A stretch of DNA of 64,000 bases from Vulcanimicrobiota bacterium (GTDB lineage Bacteria; Vulcanimicrobiota; Xenobia; Xenobiales; JADMJV01), in the NCBI GenBank assembly GCA_050250895.1, contig JBFWNU010000002.1, positions 599,659 through 663,658 on the forward strand, written 5' to 3'. The notes beneath the pieces were generated by a model. It had not been told where the DNA came from, did not search any database, and worked only from the letters and a program-made list of their open reading frames with translations. The position numbers were made by a program, and so were the translations under genes. Each line of letters starts with the position of its first letter. The stretch's first letter is position 1. Of the stretch, positions 40,469 to 49,987 are shown piece by piece.

Positions 40469-41767
40469 ATGCGAAAACGAGTCTTGATCATGGGAGCGGC
40501 CGGCCGCGACTTCCACAACTTCAACATGGTGTATCGAGATCGGCCGGAATACGAGGTGGTGGCCTTCACGGCCACTCAGATTCCCGGCATCGAGGGGCGG
40601 CGCTACCCCCCTGGCCTGGCCGGTGACCTCTATCCCCAGGGCATTCCCATCGAGCCCGAATCAGAGTTAGCCAGGCTGGCCCAAACGGTCGATGAGGTGG
40701 TCTTCTCCTATTCGGACGTCAATTACCCGTATCTGATGGAACGAGCGTCCACCGCCCTGGCGGCGGGGGCCGATTTTCGGCTGTTGGGCATGGGTTCGAC
40801 CTGTCTCAAGAGCAAGTTACCGGTGGTGGCTGTCTGCGCGGTCCGGACCGGTGTCGGCAAGAGCCAGACCTCGCGCAAGTTGACGGCCCTGCTCAAAGCA
40901 GCTGGCAAGAAGGTGGCCGTGCTGCGCCATCCGATGCCGTATGGTAATCTCGAGGCCCAGGCGGTGCAGCGTTTTGCCACCCTGGCGGACCTCGATCGGC
41001 ATCGGTGCACCATCGAAGAGCGCGAGGAGTACGCGCCTCATCTCGAAGAGGGTCATCTGGTCTTTGCCGGGGTCGACTATGCTCAAATCCTCGAACAGGC
41101 TGAAGCCGAGGCCGAAGTGATCCTGTGGGACGGAGGCAACAACGACCTGCCCTTCCTGGTCCCCGACCTTCATCTCACCCTGGTCGACCCCCATCGACCA
41201 GGCCACGAGCTGAGCTATTATCCCGGCCAAGCTAACCTGCGGGCGGCCGACGTCGTGGTGATCAACAAGGTGGATTCGGCCGAGCCTGCGGCCCTGGCTC
41301 ATGTGCGGGCCAACCTGGCTCGGGTCAACCCCTCGGCGCGAGTGATCGAGGCCGCCTCGGTGATCGAGGTCGATGAGGCGGTGGCCGGCCGGCCCGTGGT
41401 GGTGATTGAGGACGGTCCCACCCTCACTCACGGTGAGATGGGCTACGGGGCGGGGCTGCTAGCCGCCCGCCGCCTGGGGTGCGAGGTGATCGACCCCCGT
41501 CCTCATGCCGTGGGCTCGCTTTTGGAAGTGTTCGCAAAGTGGAGCCATCTGGGCCCCGTGTTGCCGGCCATGGGTTATTCGCAGGAGCAATGCGAGGAAT
41601 TGCGCCAGACTATCGCCGCCACTCCGGCCGAGGCCATTCTGGTGGGCACTCCCATCGACCTGAGTCTGGTGATCGACCTCGACAAGCCGGCCTATCGGGT
41701 GCGTTACAACTTGCAAGAGCGAGTCGGCAGCTTACAAGCGGAATTGTCTCGCTTCGGCCTGCTCTAG
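40469..41767 (+). CDS. cyclic 2,3-diphosphoglycerate synthetase-like P-loop GTPase
   Basis: GAAGRDFHNFN, RTGVGKS, RHPMPYG, WDGGNND and EDGPTLTHG motifs. Confidence 0.88.
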   Translation: MRKRVLIMGAAGRDFHNFNMVYRDRPEYEVVAFTATQIPGIEGRRYPPGLAGDLYPQGIPIEPESELARLAQTVDEVVFSYSDVNYPYLMERASTALAAGADFRLLGMGSTCLKSKLPVVAVCAVRTGVGKSQTSRKLTALLKAAGKKVAVLRHPMPYGNLEAQAVQRFATLADLDRHRCTIEEREEYAPHLEEGHLVFAGVDYAQILEQAEAEAEVILWDGGNNDLPFLVPDLHLTLVDPHRPGHELSYYPGQANLRAADVVVINKVDSAEPAALAHVRANLARVNPSARVIEAASVIEVDEAVAGRPVVVIEDGPTLTHGEMGYGAGLLAARRLGCEVIDPRPHAVGSLLEVFAKWSHLGPVLPAMGYSQEQCEELRQTIAATPAEAILVGTPIDLSLVIDLDKPAYRVRYNLQERVGSLQAELSRFGLL

Positions 41768-41836
41768 CGCCCCTACGTTCGAGAGGATGTTCGACTGACC
41801 CGCGCCGAAATTGAATAAAGCTCAAGGGGGACGGCG

Positions 41837-43051
41837 ATGCAGTCGAATCGATCAAAGCAACCAGAGACCTGGATAGGCTCCCGGGTGAGCCTCAGGGCCG
41901 AACGCGTAGAGGCGGTGGTCTGGCTCGAAGCCGGGCAGGGGCTGGTGCGAACCATCGATCTGGTGCCGCCCGAGGCCGAGCTTACTTCTTTTTCGGCCAG
42001 CCTGCTGGCGGCCGCGGCGGCAAGCGAGCAGGCGCGTCCGGGCAAGCTGATGGTGGACCGGCCCGAGTTGTTCCAGGCGATCGAGAAGGTGGCCCAAGAG
42101 TTGGGCATCGAGGTCGAACTCGACGCCGGGGTGGGCCACACCGTGCGCGCGTTTCTCGGTCACAGCCAGCTCGACTATAGCTACCTGGGTCACGGTGATG
42201 TCTCGACCGAGCAGGTCGCCGAGTTCTTTCAGTGGGCGGCCGATTACTTCGAGCTAGAGCCGTGGGAGATGCTCGAGGGCGAAGACCAGATCGTGGTCGA
42301 GGGGCTGACCCAGGACCCACTGACCTGCACCTTTCTCTCTCATTTGCAGGTTCATCTCTCGCCCGATCAGGTCTTCTCGTTGCGAGCGGCTTGCCCCGAG
42401 GGAGCCCTCAAACTCGAACTCGCGCGCTATGGCTGGCCAATCCACGCGGCCGGGGCGCCGGTGCTGGTGCGAGAGGATCGGCCCGAACGGCCCAACCCGA
42501 CCGCCGCCGAACTCGAGTTGATGACCACTCTCCTGTCGGCCATGGTCGCCTTCTTGCTGGTCCGAGAAGACGAACTCGAACTGGTCAGCCCAGAGGGCCG
42601 GCAGGTGAGGGTTCGTTGGCACGAGACCAGCGAGTCGACCAACCAGCCCATGAGCGAAGCAGAACTCGACCGGCGCATTCAACACTTCTGGGATGCCGGC
42701 CAACCTCATCAGGCCATCGGCGTGGCCTCGCGAGCTTGCCGAGAAGAGCCGGTGCTCAGCAAGCTCGAACGTCTGGCCGAACTTTACTTTCGGCTGGGGT
42801 TATACGAGCAAGCCCACGAGCTGTGGAGCAACTTTCGCGACGACAGCTCGGCCGATTGGTTGGCTGTGGCCGCCCTGTGCGAGCATCGCCTCGGGCGTGA
42901 ACCGGCATTCTATCGGCGGCTGCATCGCGCGCAGGCCAAAAATCCCGGACTCGGGGGACGCCTGCTCGGCGGTCGCGACGGTTTTAGCCGCCGTTGGAGC
43001 GTGCACTGGCAGCGCTGTCCCGAGGCGCTAGCCCAGCTCGCCAACTCGTAA
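41837..43051 (+). CDS. hypothetical protein with C-terminal TPR-like helices
   Basis: 404-aa ORF; A..YF...PW motif; helical C-terminus. Confidence 0.65.
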   Translation: MQSNRSKQPETWIGSRVSLRAERVEAVVWLEAGQGLVRTIDLVPPEAELTSFSASLLAAAAASEQARPGKLMVDRPELFQAIEKVAQELGIEVELDAGVGHTVRAFLGHSQLDYSYLGHGDVSTEQVAEFFQWAADYFELEPWEMLEGEDQIVVEGLTQDPLTCTFLSHLQVHLSPDQVFSLRAACPEGALKLELARYGWPIHAAGAPVLVREDRPERPNPTAAELELMTTLLSAMVAFLLVREDELELVSPEGRQVRVRWHETSESTNQPMSEAELDRRIQHFWDAGQPHQAIGVASRACREEPVLSKLERLAELYFRLGLYEQAHELWSNFRDDSSADWLAVAALCEHRLGREPAFYRRLHRAQAKNPGLGGRLLGGRDGFSRRWSVHWQRCPEALAQLANS

Positions 43052-43064
43052 CAACCTGGTTACA
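43048..43064 (+). promoter_or_regulatory. box GTAACA-N5-GTTACA
   Basis: tandem and palindromic half-sites 35 nt upstream of ATG 43100. Confidence 0.5.
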
Positions 43065-43099
43065 GTCGGCCAGCCCCGGTGCAGTAGAGTGGCCAGGCA

Positions 43100-44569
43100 A
43101 TGCAAAGTCTCACCATCAACCGTCCCCGGTTGGAGTATCCCCGTCCCGGCCAACCCCAGGCCCGCAACGGCCGTCCCGTGCTGTTGTTGCACGGCACTCT
43201 GGTGGGCGAAGAGGGTATCGAGGCCTACAAGGACTATGCCCTCGAACGTGGCTTTGCGGTCGACAACCACACCCATGAAGGCGTTCGGGACGGGCATCCC
43301 ATCGAAGAATCCGCCCAGCAAGTCTCGCGCGAGGTCAACTTCGCCAGACTCGAGATTGCTCGCCAGAACCTCGGCCAGTTGCTGGGCTGCGACCGCCAGG
43401 GTCTAAAAGACTTTTTTAAACTCAACCACAACCTCTATCAAAGCCACGACGACTCGGCCGAGGTGGTGCTCGACCTGCTCCCCACCGTGCTGCGCCGTTT
43501 CGAGATGCTGGTGAGCCAGCCTGAAGACAAGCTGGCCGATAGCTTCAGCGGCAAGCTCGAGCGCCTCGAGGGGGAACTTGCCCATCAGCTCGAGAGCTAT
43601 GGCGCCGGCGAACCCGAGCGTTGCGCCAGGATGGCCGCCGAGATTGTCGACAGCGTCGCGCCCAAGGCCGTGCTGGTGGGCCACTCGGCCGGGGGCTTCG
43701 TGGGTTATACCCTGGCCCTGAATCCAGAGACCAGACCCGACAACGATCCCTTTACCTATGACGGTGGGAACGGGGTGGGCGAAGTGGTAGTGCTATCGTC
43801 GCCCATCGGCAAGGGAATGTCGGTGCCGGCCCCGCCCGGGGTGGCCGAGATGCCGTTCTACCTGGTCGATAGCGCCGTCTTGCGACCGGTCGAAGAGTTG
43901 CCGGTCTCGCAGTTGATGCGTTTGAACCCGCTGGTCGACCTGGCCTATAGCGGCACCAAAGAGCTGGCTCGCCTCTCGTTCAATTTGGCCACTCTGGCTT
44001 CGGTAGGCCTGACCAGCCCACTCACCTATGCGGTGCGCCCCGGCTACGAGCAGGTGATGGCCAACTCTGACTTCTTCAAGAACTACGTCGAGGGTAAGCC
44101 CATCCCCGACGGGGTCACCGTGCTGGCCGTCACCAGCCCGCTCGATCGGATGAGTCTCGAAGCTCGCTCGCAGGTCGACCAGCGCCAGGCCAACGCCCAC
44201 AATCTGTCGGTCGACATGCAGCTCGATCCAGAGCAAATTCAGCGCGAGCGCCCCACCTGGACCCACGTCAAAATGACCGAGATGCCCGAGACTTTCCGGC
44301 AGCAATTTGCGGCCCGCCTGCTCGAGCAACCCGATGAGACGGCCAGGTTGCTCGATGCCAGCAATAATGACGGAGTACGCTACGATACTCTGGTGCTGCT
44401 CGAGCAGCAACTCGAGGGCATCTCTGACTGGGCTCGGCAGGAGCGCTTCGCGGGCCTCAAAGAGGCCCTGCAGAAGGTGGCCGACGAGCGTCTGCCCTTT
44501 GAGGACTCGCCGTCGTTTGTGGCCTATCGCGTGCTGCGCTCGAGTAATCCGTCGAAGTCTACGTCGTAA
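43100..44569 (+). CDS. lipase/esterase-like alpha/beta hydrolase with helical inserts
   Basis: PVLLLHG, VGHSAGG, V.LSSP, D and H motifs. Confidence 0.75.
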   Translation: MQSLTINRPRLEYPRPGQPQARNGRPVLLLHGTLVGEEGIEAYKDYALERGFAVDNHTHEGVRDGHPIEESAQQVSREVNFARLEIARQNLGQLLGCDRQGLKDFFKLNHNLYQSHDDSAEVVLDLLPTVLRRFEMLVSQPEDKLADSFSGKLERLEGELAHQLESYGAGEPERCARMAAEIVDSVAPKAVLVGHSAGGFVGYTLALNPETRPDNDPFTYDGGNGVGEVVVLSSPIGKGMSVPAPPGVAEMPFYLVDSAVLRPVEELPVSQLMRLNPLVDLAYSGTKELARLSFNLATLASVGLTSPLTYAVRPGYEQVMANSDFFKNYVEGKPIPDGVTVLAVTSPLDRMSLEARSQVDQRQANAHNLSVDMQLDPEQIQRERPTWTHVKMTEMPETFRQQFAARLLEQPDETARLLDASNNDGVRYDTLVLLEQQLEGISDWARQERFAGLKEALQKVADERLPFEDSPSFVAYRVLRSSNPSKSTS

Positions 44570-45171
44570 AACAGGTGGTCACCGTGGCCCGAAAAGGCCA
44601 TGTGCACCCCATAGTCAAGCCGCCGCAAGATGCCCCGAACCCTGGCGATCGACTCCAGTTTGTGCTCGATCGACACAAAGGCGTTGCAGTCGCGCAGGTC
44701 GCCCAACACCCAATCCCCGGCGATCACCGCCCCTCGAAAAAAGACCAGGTGGTCGGTATAGGAGTGCTTAGGAGCATAGATAACGTGCAGCGGCTCACCC
44801 CCCAGGTGGCTCGACCAGAGCCCTTCGTCGAAAACCTCGTCGAGATAGTCCGGCGGACCGAACCAGCGCTGCATCGAGGGAGAGTGTGCGACCGAGCGGT
44901 GGGCTACGAAGGTGGCCCGAGGAAAGGCCCGACGAAAGTGCAGCAGGCTGGCGCAATGATCGTAGTGGGCGTGGGTGATCAGGGCGTACTTGACCTGCAG
45001 CTTCTGGCGCCGGGTGAAAGACTCTACCCGCACGTGTGGGGGCCGCTCTCGAGCCAGATAGGGAGGCATCTCGACCACCGCTGCCTGGCCGTTGGCGCTG
45101 AGCAGCCAGCAGCCGTTCTTGTAGGGACCATAGCGCTTGAGCAGTGTGATGCCCGGGGCTAAGTGTTTCAC
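44524..45171 (-). CDS. MBL-fold metallo-hydrolase
   Basis: THAHYDH, KHS..DH, AGD and GHG motifs; GTG start overlapping the upstream stop. Confidence 0.85.
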   Translation of the reverse strand: MKHLAPGITLLKRYGPYKNGCWLLSANGQAAVVEMPPYLARERPPHVRVESFTRRQKLQVKYALITHAHYDHCASLLHFRRAFPRATFVAHRSVAHSPSMQRWFGPPDYLDEVFDEGLWSSHLGGEPLHVIYAPKHSYTDHLVFFRGAVIAGDWVLGDLRDCNAFVSIEHKLESIARVRGILRRLDYGVHMAFSGHGDHLFYDVDFDGLLERSTR

Positions 45172-45779
45172 CTGAGCTTGTAGTCGACCAACTCGGTCGT
45201 CGTCGCCATGGCTCCGGTGGTGGTGATCTTCACGGCTCCGATGTGGTTGACGTACCACTGGGTCATGTCGTACTCGTTGCCGCCTTGATTGGCGTGGGTC
45301 TCGACCACCATGGCATCGAACTCGCCGGCCGGCACTTTGACCTTCTCGGCGCGGGTAACCTTGCTCGACTCGATGATGTCATAGCCGCCGGCCTTGCCTT
45401 TGTATTCCCAGGTCTGACCCACTTTGAGCGGGTTCATCAGCTCTTTCTTGGGGCCGGCGTATTCCATGGTGTAATTGTTGGTGGCCATCACCGTCTTGTG
45501 GAGCAGCACCCAGCCGTTGCCTTTGGTGTAATCCATGTGGGTCACGTCGGGAGTCATGGCATCCACCTGCACGGCATAGGTGCCGTCCGCTTGCTTTTTC
45601 ACGTCGACGACCTTGCGGGTCATGTCCATCTCGGTGTTCATCGAGGTGGTGGTGTGGTATTGCCAGGTGGCGCCCATCGGCACCGGAAAGTAGTCGGGCG
45701 GGGGCGTCTTGGGCTGGGCCATCAGGGCGCCCGAGGCGACCCCGGCCAGCACGAAGACAGAAAGGATTCGCTTGTTCAT
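45168..45779 (-). CDS. secreted beta-rich protein (DUF3108/TapB-like)
   Basis: Sec signal MNKRILSV; YFP...G..W.Y, V.VPAG.F and WY...IG.VK motifs. Confidence 0.75.
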   Translation of the reverse strand: MNKRILSVFVLAGVASGALMAQPKTPPPDYFPVPMGATWQYHTTTSMNTEMDMTRKVVDVKKQADGTYAVQVDAMTPDVTHMDYTKGNGWVLLHKTVMATNNYTMEYAGPKKELMNPLKVGQTWEYKGKAGGYDIIESSKVTRAEKVKVPAGEFDAMVVETHANQGGNEYDMTQWYVNHIGAVKITTTGAMATTTELVDYKLR

Positions 45780-45942
45780 GGGCCGCTCGTTCGCGGCTCT
45801 AGCAGGCTCTTCCTTGCAGCCTGATCCTGTTGGACCTCGATCTGCCGCGCCAAACGGTTTTGAAGGCTGGCCGAGATCTCTGTTTCGACATTGCCCGGCT
45901 GGCCAGCTAAGGCTCGGGAGGGGGAGCGTCGAAAGCTCGGGC

Positions 45943-46482
45943 GTGAGCAACTTTGTGCTGATGATCGAGGCCGAGCCGGCCAGGTTAGACTTTCTGGCGA
46001 TGCACCCCCAGCAAGTGGGCGCCTGGAGCAGGTTCGAGCCGGCTGGTCCCCTCGACCCGCTGCAGCTTCGCTATCAGGCCATAGCCGCCGCCTGCTGCTA
46101 CCCGCCCCGGGTGGCCCTTGGCCCGGCCACCCTCGTGACCACCGCCGCGCTGGCCAGCCGGCGTCTGGGCTGTCGAGCCGTGGCCTGGTGGCAGGCGCAT
46201 GACTTTAGCGGGGGCGCTCTGCTCGACTCGGGCAAGGTGCTGGTCAGTCATCACGATTGGCCCGTCCATCGCGACCTTTCTGGCCGGCTGGAAGAATGCT
46301 TTTCGGTGTCGGGTCCACCTCTGCCGGTGGGCAAGTTCTGCGGTGACTACAAAGCCCGCGAAGAAGGGCGGGCCACTTATAGCTATCGCCCGGGAGAAGC
46401 CGATAGCATCGAACTGAGCGCCAGCGATGACCCGATCGATTTCAAGCTGGAGTATTTCTTGGCGGCGGCAGCGCTCGGTTAA
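45943..46482 (+). CDS. hypothetical protein
   Basis: GTG start downstream of GGGAGGGGAG; fills the gap between genes; start uncertain. Confidence 0.45.
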   Translation: MSNFVLMIEAEPARLDFLAMHPQQVGAWSRFEPAGPLDPLQLRYQAIAAACCYPPRVALGPATLVTTAALASRRLGCRAVAWWQAHDFSGGALLDSGKVLVSHHDWPVHRDLSGRLEECFSVSGPPLPVGKFCGDYKAREEGRATYSYRPGEADSIELSASDDPIDFKLEYFLAAAALG

Positions 46483-46529
46483 CAAGAGGTCACACTTTGT
46501 TAACCCGGGTAACAAAAAGTCAATTTCAA

Positions 46530-46641
46530 AAGACCCTCAGAACCGCTCGAATCTCCTATGATTGGGGCACAACAAAATAACCCAAGTCACCAGGTCCAAC
46601 CTCTCTCCGCGTGCTAACCTAAACCTGGTGGCTTTTTTTTT
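46530..46641 (+). ncRNA. candidate small RNA
   Basis: AT-rich intergenic stretch after TAAC boxes, ending in a 12-bp stem with a C-rich loop and a T9 tract; 5' end is a guess. Confidence 0.35.
46584..46641 (+). terminator. intrinsic terminator
   Basis: AAGTCACCAGGT pairs with ACCTGGTGGCTT (one G-U) and is followed by a T-run. Confidence 0.7.
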
Positions 46642-48298
46642 ATCCCACCGGAGTGGTCTTGCGGGGGGATTGGGGCACGGCTCGCAGCCGTTCACCACTG
46701 GCGTAAAGCGGTCGATAGGCCTCGCTGACCTCGCCCATCTCGGCCTTGACTCGCAGGCGCCACTCTCGCGAGGGGCCATAGTCGGCGTCAAGCTCCAGGG
46801 CCCGGTCAAACCAGTGCAGCGCCTCTTCGAGTTCGCGCATGTAGTAATAGCAGAGTCCCACGTTGTGGACGGTCATCTTGTGATAGCCGAACATGTCCAG
46901 CGATACCCGGTAGAACTTGACCGCATCCAGATAGTGGTCGAGGCGATAGAAAATGCGCGCAATCTCGAAGGGCACGTCGATTTCGTCACCGATCGAGTAA
47001 AAGTTGTCCCACACCCGTAGCAGAGCGATGCGCACCTCACGCTGGACGTCGGGGTCGGCGTGTTCGACCCGTTCTAACAGCGCTTCGCTAAAGTCGTAGA
47101 GGGTCTGCGGATCCCAGCGGCTCAAGCGCAGCAGGTCGATGGCCAGGCGTAAAGAGGGCTCTTTGATCTCGCTTTGAAGGCACTCTTTGACACTGAAGAA
47201 GTCGATCGGCCCGAAGTCTTCGATCGCTTTCTCGAAGGCTAGCCCGCTCTCGGGAAAGTCTTCTAGCCCGGGCTCGAGCACGAAGGCCGAGGCTTCGAGC
47301 ACCGCGTCGCGCAGGGTCGAGTGCAGGGCCAGGCCCCCCAGTTTGTTCAGATAGACATCGAGGGCGTGGAAGTTCACCGTCATCGAGAAACCTCCGCCGT
47401 GCAGCACCGGATCGGGATCGTCGAGTCCGACCAGGTCGGCGATGCGGCTCCAGGCTTTGTCAGCTGTCAAGAACAACAAACGGCCGCCGGCCACCCGGCC
47501 CAGATTGGCCAGGCAGTTAAGGGGGCCCACCGGAAAACTAAAAGCGGTGTCGCCCAGCCTGTCTCGATACTCCTCGAGAATGGCGTTCCAGGTTTCGTCT
47601 TCATAGTAGTCGGGGTCGACCTCATGGTAGTCGTATTTGACCCTGATCTTCTTGAGCAGCTTGGGGTCGTCCATATCGATGTCGGCCGGCGCCACCAGTC
47701 GGGGAAGGCACTCCTTGAGTTCGCCGCTCTCGACTCGAAACGCATCCTGCGAGAGACTGTCGAGTAGATAGTTGGCCACGAAGATCATCGGGTTCTTCAA
47801 CTCGCCGGCGCGCAGGGTGGTGCCTGAGTACTGCAGTTCGAGCATCTCGTCTTGCTCGGCGTTAAAGCAGGCGAAGTCGAGCCGACCCGCCTCCAGATAC
47901 GTCTCGAAGCGCGGATGGGAGCGATAGAAGTCTAGATTGCGCTGGGAAAGGTCGGCCAGCACCAGGCAGATCTTGAGGTTGCGCAGCGGGTGGGCTTGAG
48001 CCAGCTCTGCGAGGGCCCGCAGCAACAGAAAGCCGTGGCGGCCCGAGCCCGAGCCGAGTTCCACCATGTACACCGGCGCCTCGAAGTCGAGCAGCTCGGC
48101 CTGGGCCAGATCGCGCAGATAACCGACGGCCACATCGGCCCAGGCGGCTGCCAGGCGAGGAGTGTTAGTGATATAAAAAGGAATCGAGCCGCTATTCCAG
48201 GCGGTCAATCCACTGCGGTCGTAGTAGTCGCGCAGGATCGACCAGAGCATCGATTCCGAGAGTCTCTTGCCCTCTTCGAGGATATTTTCTTCTGACAC
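46640..48298 (-). CDS. MidA/NDUFAF7-like SAM-dependent methyltransferase with C-terminal TPR
   Basis: ELGSGSG and ANY.LDSL motifs; C-terminal TPRs. Confidence 0.8.
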   Translation of the reverse strand: MSEENILEEGKRLSESMLWSILRDYYDRSGLTAWNSGSIPFYITNTPRLAAAWADVAVGYLRDLAQAELLDFEAPVYMVELGSGSGRHGFLLLRALAELAQAHPLRNLKICLVLADLSQRNLDFYRSHPRFETYLEAGRLDFACFNAEQDEMLELQYSGTTLRAGELKNPMIFVANYLLDSLSQDAFRVESGELKECLPRLVAPADIDMDDPKLLKKIRVKYDYHEVDPDYYEDETWNAILEEYRDRLGDTAFSFPVGPLNCLANLGRVAGGRLLFLTADKAWSRIADLVGLDDPDPVLHGGGFSMTVNFHALDVYLNKLGGLALHSTLRDAVLEASAFVLEPGLEDFPESGLAFEKAIEDFGPIDFFSVKECLQSEIKEPSLRLAIDLLRLSRWDPQTLYDFSEALLERVEHADPDVQREVRIALLRVWDNFYSIGDEIDVPFEIARIFYRLDHYLDAVKFYRVSLDMFGYHKMTVHNVGLCYYYMRELEEALHWFDRALELDADYGPSREWRLRVKAEMGEVSEAYRPLYASGERLRAVPQSPRKTTPVG

Positions 48299-48379
48299 GG
48301 CCCTGGGCTTTCCATACTCGTCGGGCGAAACCTGCGCAATTTCAGGGTTCTTTCAAACGCTTGAAATAATCTGAGCTTA

Positions 48380-49984
48380 ATGAGCCAGACTGCCCAAACG
48401 CTGTGCGCGCCGACCGGAGCCCCGGTCTATCTAGACGAGTTGCTGGCTCGTCTGGTGGCCCGCACCCAGGCCGGTGACTCGCTCGAGGCCCGCGAGGCCT
48501 TTCGCGACACGGTCGGCTTTCTGACCCGCTATTTCGGCACCGTGGCGGCGGCCGCTCGGGGCGGGCTCGATACGGCCGTGCTGCGCCAGTGGCTCTCGGG
48601 CAAGACCACCATCGATTTTCGCGACGAGATTCTGGCTGCGATCGATTCGCTGGCCGTGCCCGACCAACCAGTCTACGCGGGCCTGCGCCTGGTCTTTCTG
48701 CCCCAGGAGTGGGGCGAGACCTATGCCCACACTCAGTGGATGCGCGGCCGCTGGTTGTTGCCCTCCGACCCTGGCTGGATCGAGCCTGCGCTCGAAATGC
48801 TGGCCATCTGGCTCGAAGCCAGCCGGCCCTTTTTCGAACACTGCCAGCATCGCTACGAAACTCTGGGTAGCAAGGTCGAGCTGGCCACCGAGTACCAGGG
48901 AGAATGGGTTCGCACCGGCTTTCCCATGCGGGGACGCGACCTCATGCGGGCTCCCTGGCGCCTGGATGGAGCCGACGCCACCTATCGCCCGCGGCTGGTG
49001 GTGCCCATCGACACCAGTGGCCTGTCCGAGCTGGTCGCCGAGCTGGCCTCGCGCCAGGAACAGCCGGCCACACTGGCTCCCGAGGCCCAGCCGGAGCCGG
49101 CTGAGCTCACCTTTCAAGTCATCGACCCGCGCATCGCCACCAACAAGTTCGGCGCTCCCTGCTATCGGGGCACTCTCAAGATCGTAGAGACACTGGCCCG
49201 GGATGTCTCGGTTCGGCTGATCTCGGGCCATCTGGGCCTGCGCTTCGAGCGTAACAGTTTTCAGGGGCCGCTGGGCCTGATCAACTATAGCCTTGACCCG
49301 GGCTTTGACGAAGACGAACTCGAGCAGCTCGAACTGGTGGCCATGGTAGGCCAGCAGAGTTTTCGCCTGCCCATGGCTCGCCTGCTGCCGCCGACGCCCA
49401 TGTCCGAACTGAGCCCCTCGAAGGCCAGTCTGGCTGTGCTGGCCCCTGGTTTGCTGGCTCTCATGTATCTGCTGGTTTTGCATACGGTTACGGTTCTTCG
49501 AATCGAGCATCTGTTAGGGCCGGAAGTGCTAGCCCAAACGGGTCGTCTGACCACCGGAGCCGAACTCACCATGGTCGAACTCAAGGCTTTGCCGGCCGCC
49601 CAGGTCTGCACGTTCCTTTTCTTCCTGGCTGCGGTCATGGCGCCCTTATTGTCGACCAAGATCTTCGCCCGCGTTCCCGAGCGTCTGAGGTCCCGAGTCG
49701 GCATCCTCTATCCGGTGGCCATGTTGCTGCCCACCGCCGGCTTGCTGGCGATGCGTAGTCTGGGCTTGATGGTCACCGAGTTGACCACCCATCCCGAGTT
49801 TCACGGCCTGGATTTCGCCTGGCTGCTGCCCTGGTTCGCCAGCTTCAATCTGGTCGCCGGCGCCTATCTGTTCTGCTCGCAGGAGAAGCTGCTCGACCGC
49901 TGGCTCAGTCCCGAGGTGCGGGTCCTGGCCCCCCTCGGTCTGATGGGTCTATTCTTGCTCTGGATTGGAACTCTGGCCTTCTAG
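48380..49984 (+). CDS. hypothetical protein with a C-terminal multi-TM domain
   Basis: 534-aa ORF; about five hydrophobic helices in the C-terminal third. Confidence 0.7.
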   Translation: MSQTAQTLCAPTGAPVYLDELLARLVARTQAGDSLEAREAFRDTVGFLTRYFGTVAAAARGGLDTAVLRQWLSGKTTIDFRDEILAAIDSLAVPDQPVYAGLRLVFLPQEWGETYAHTQWMRGRWLLPSDPGWIEPALEMLAIWLEASRPFFEHCQHRYETLGSKVELATEYQGEWVRTGFPMRGRDLMRAPWRLDGADATYRPRLVVPIDTSGLSELVAELASRQEQPATLAPEAQPEPAELTFQVIDPRIATNKFGAPCYRGTLKIVETLARDVSVRLISGHLGLRFERNSFQGPLGLINYSLDPGFDEDELEQLELVAMVGQQSFRLPMARLLPPTPMSELSPSKASLAVLAPGLLALMYLLVLHTVTVLRIEHLLGPEVLAQTGRLTTGAELTMVELKALPAAQVCTFLFFLAAVMAPLLSTKIFARVPERLRSRVGILYPVAMLLPTAGLLAMRSLGLMVTELTTHPEFHGLDFAWLLPWFASFNLVAGAYLFCSQEKLLDRWLSPEVRVLAPLGLMGLFLLWIGTLAF

Positions 49985-49987
49985 ACA

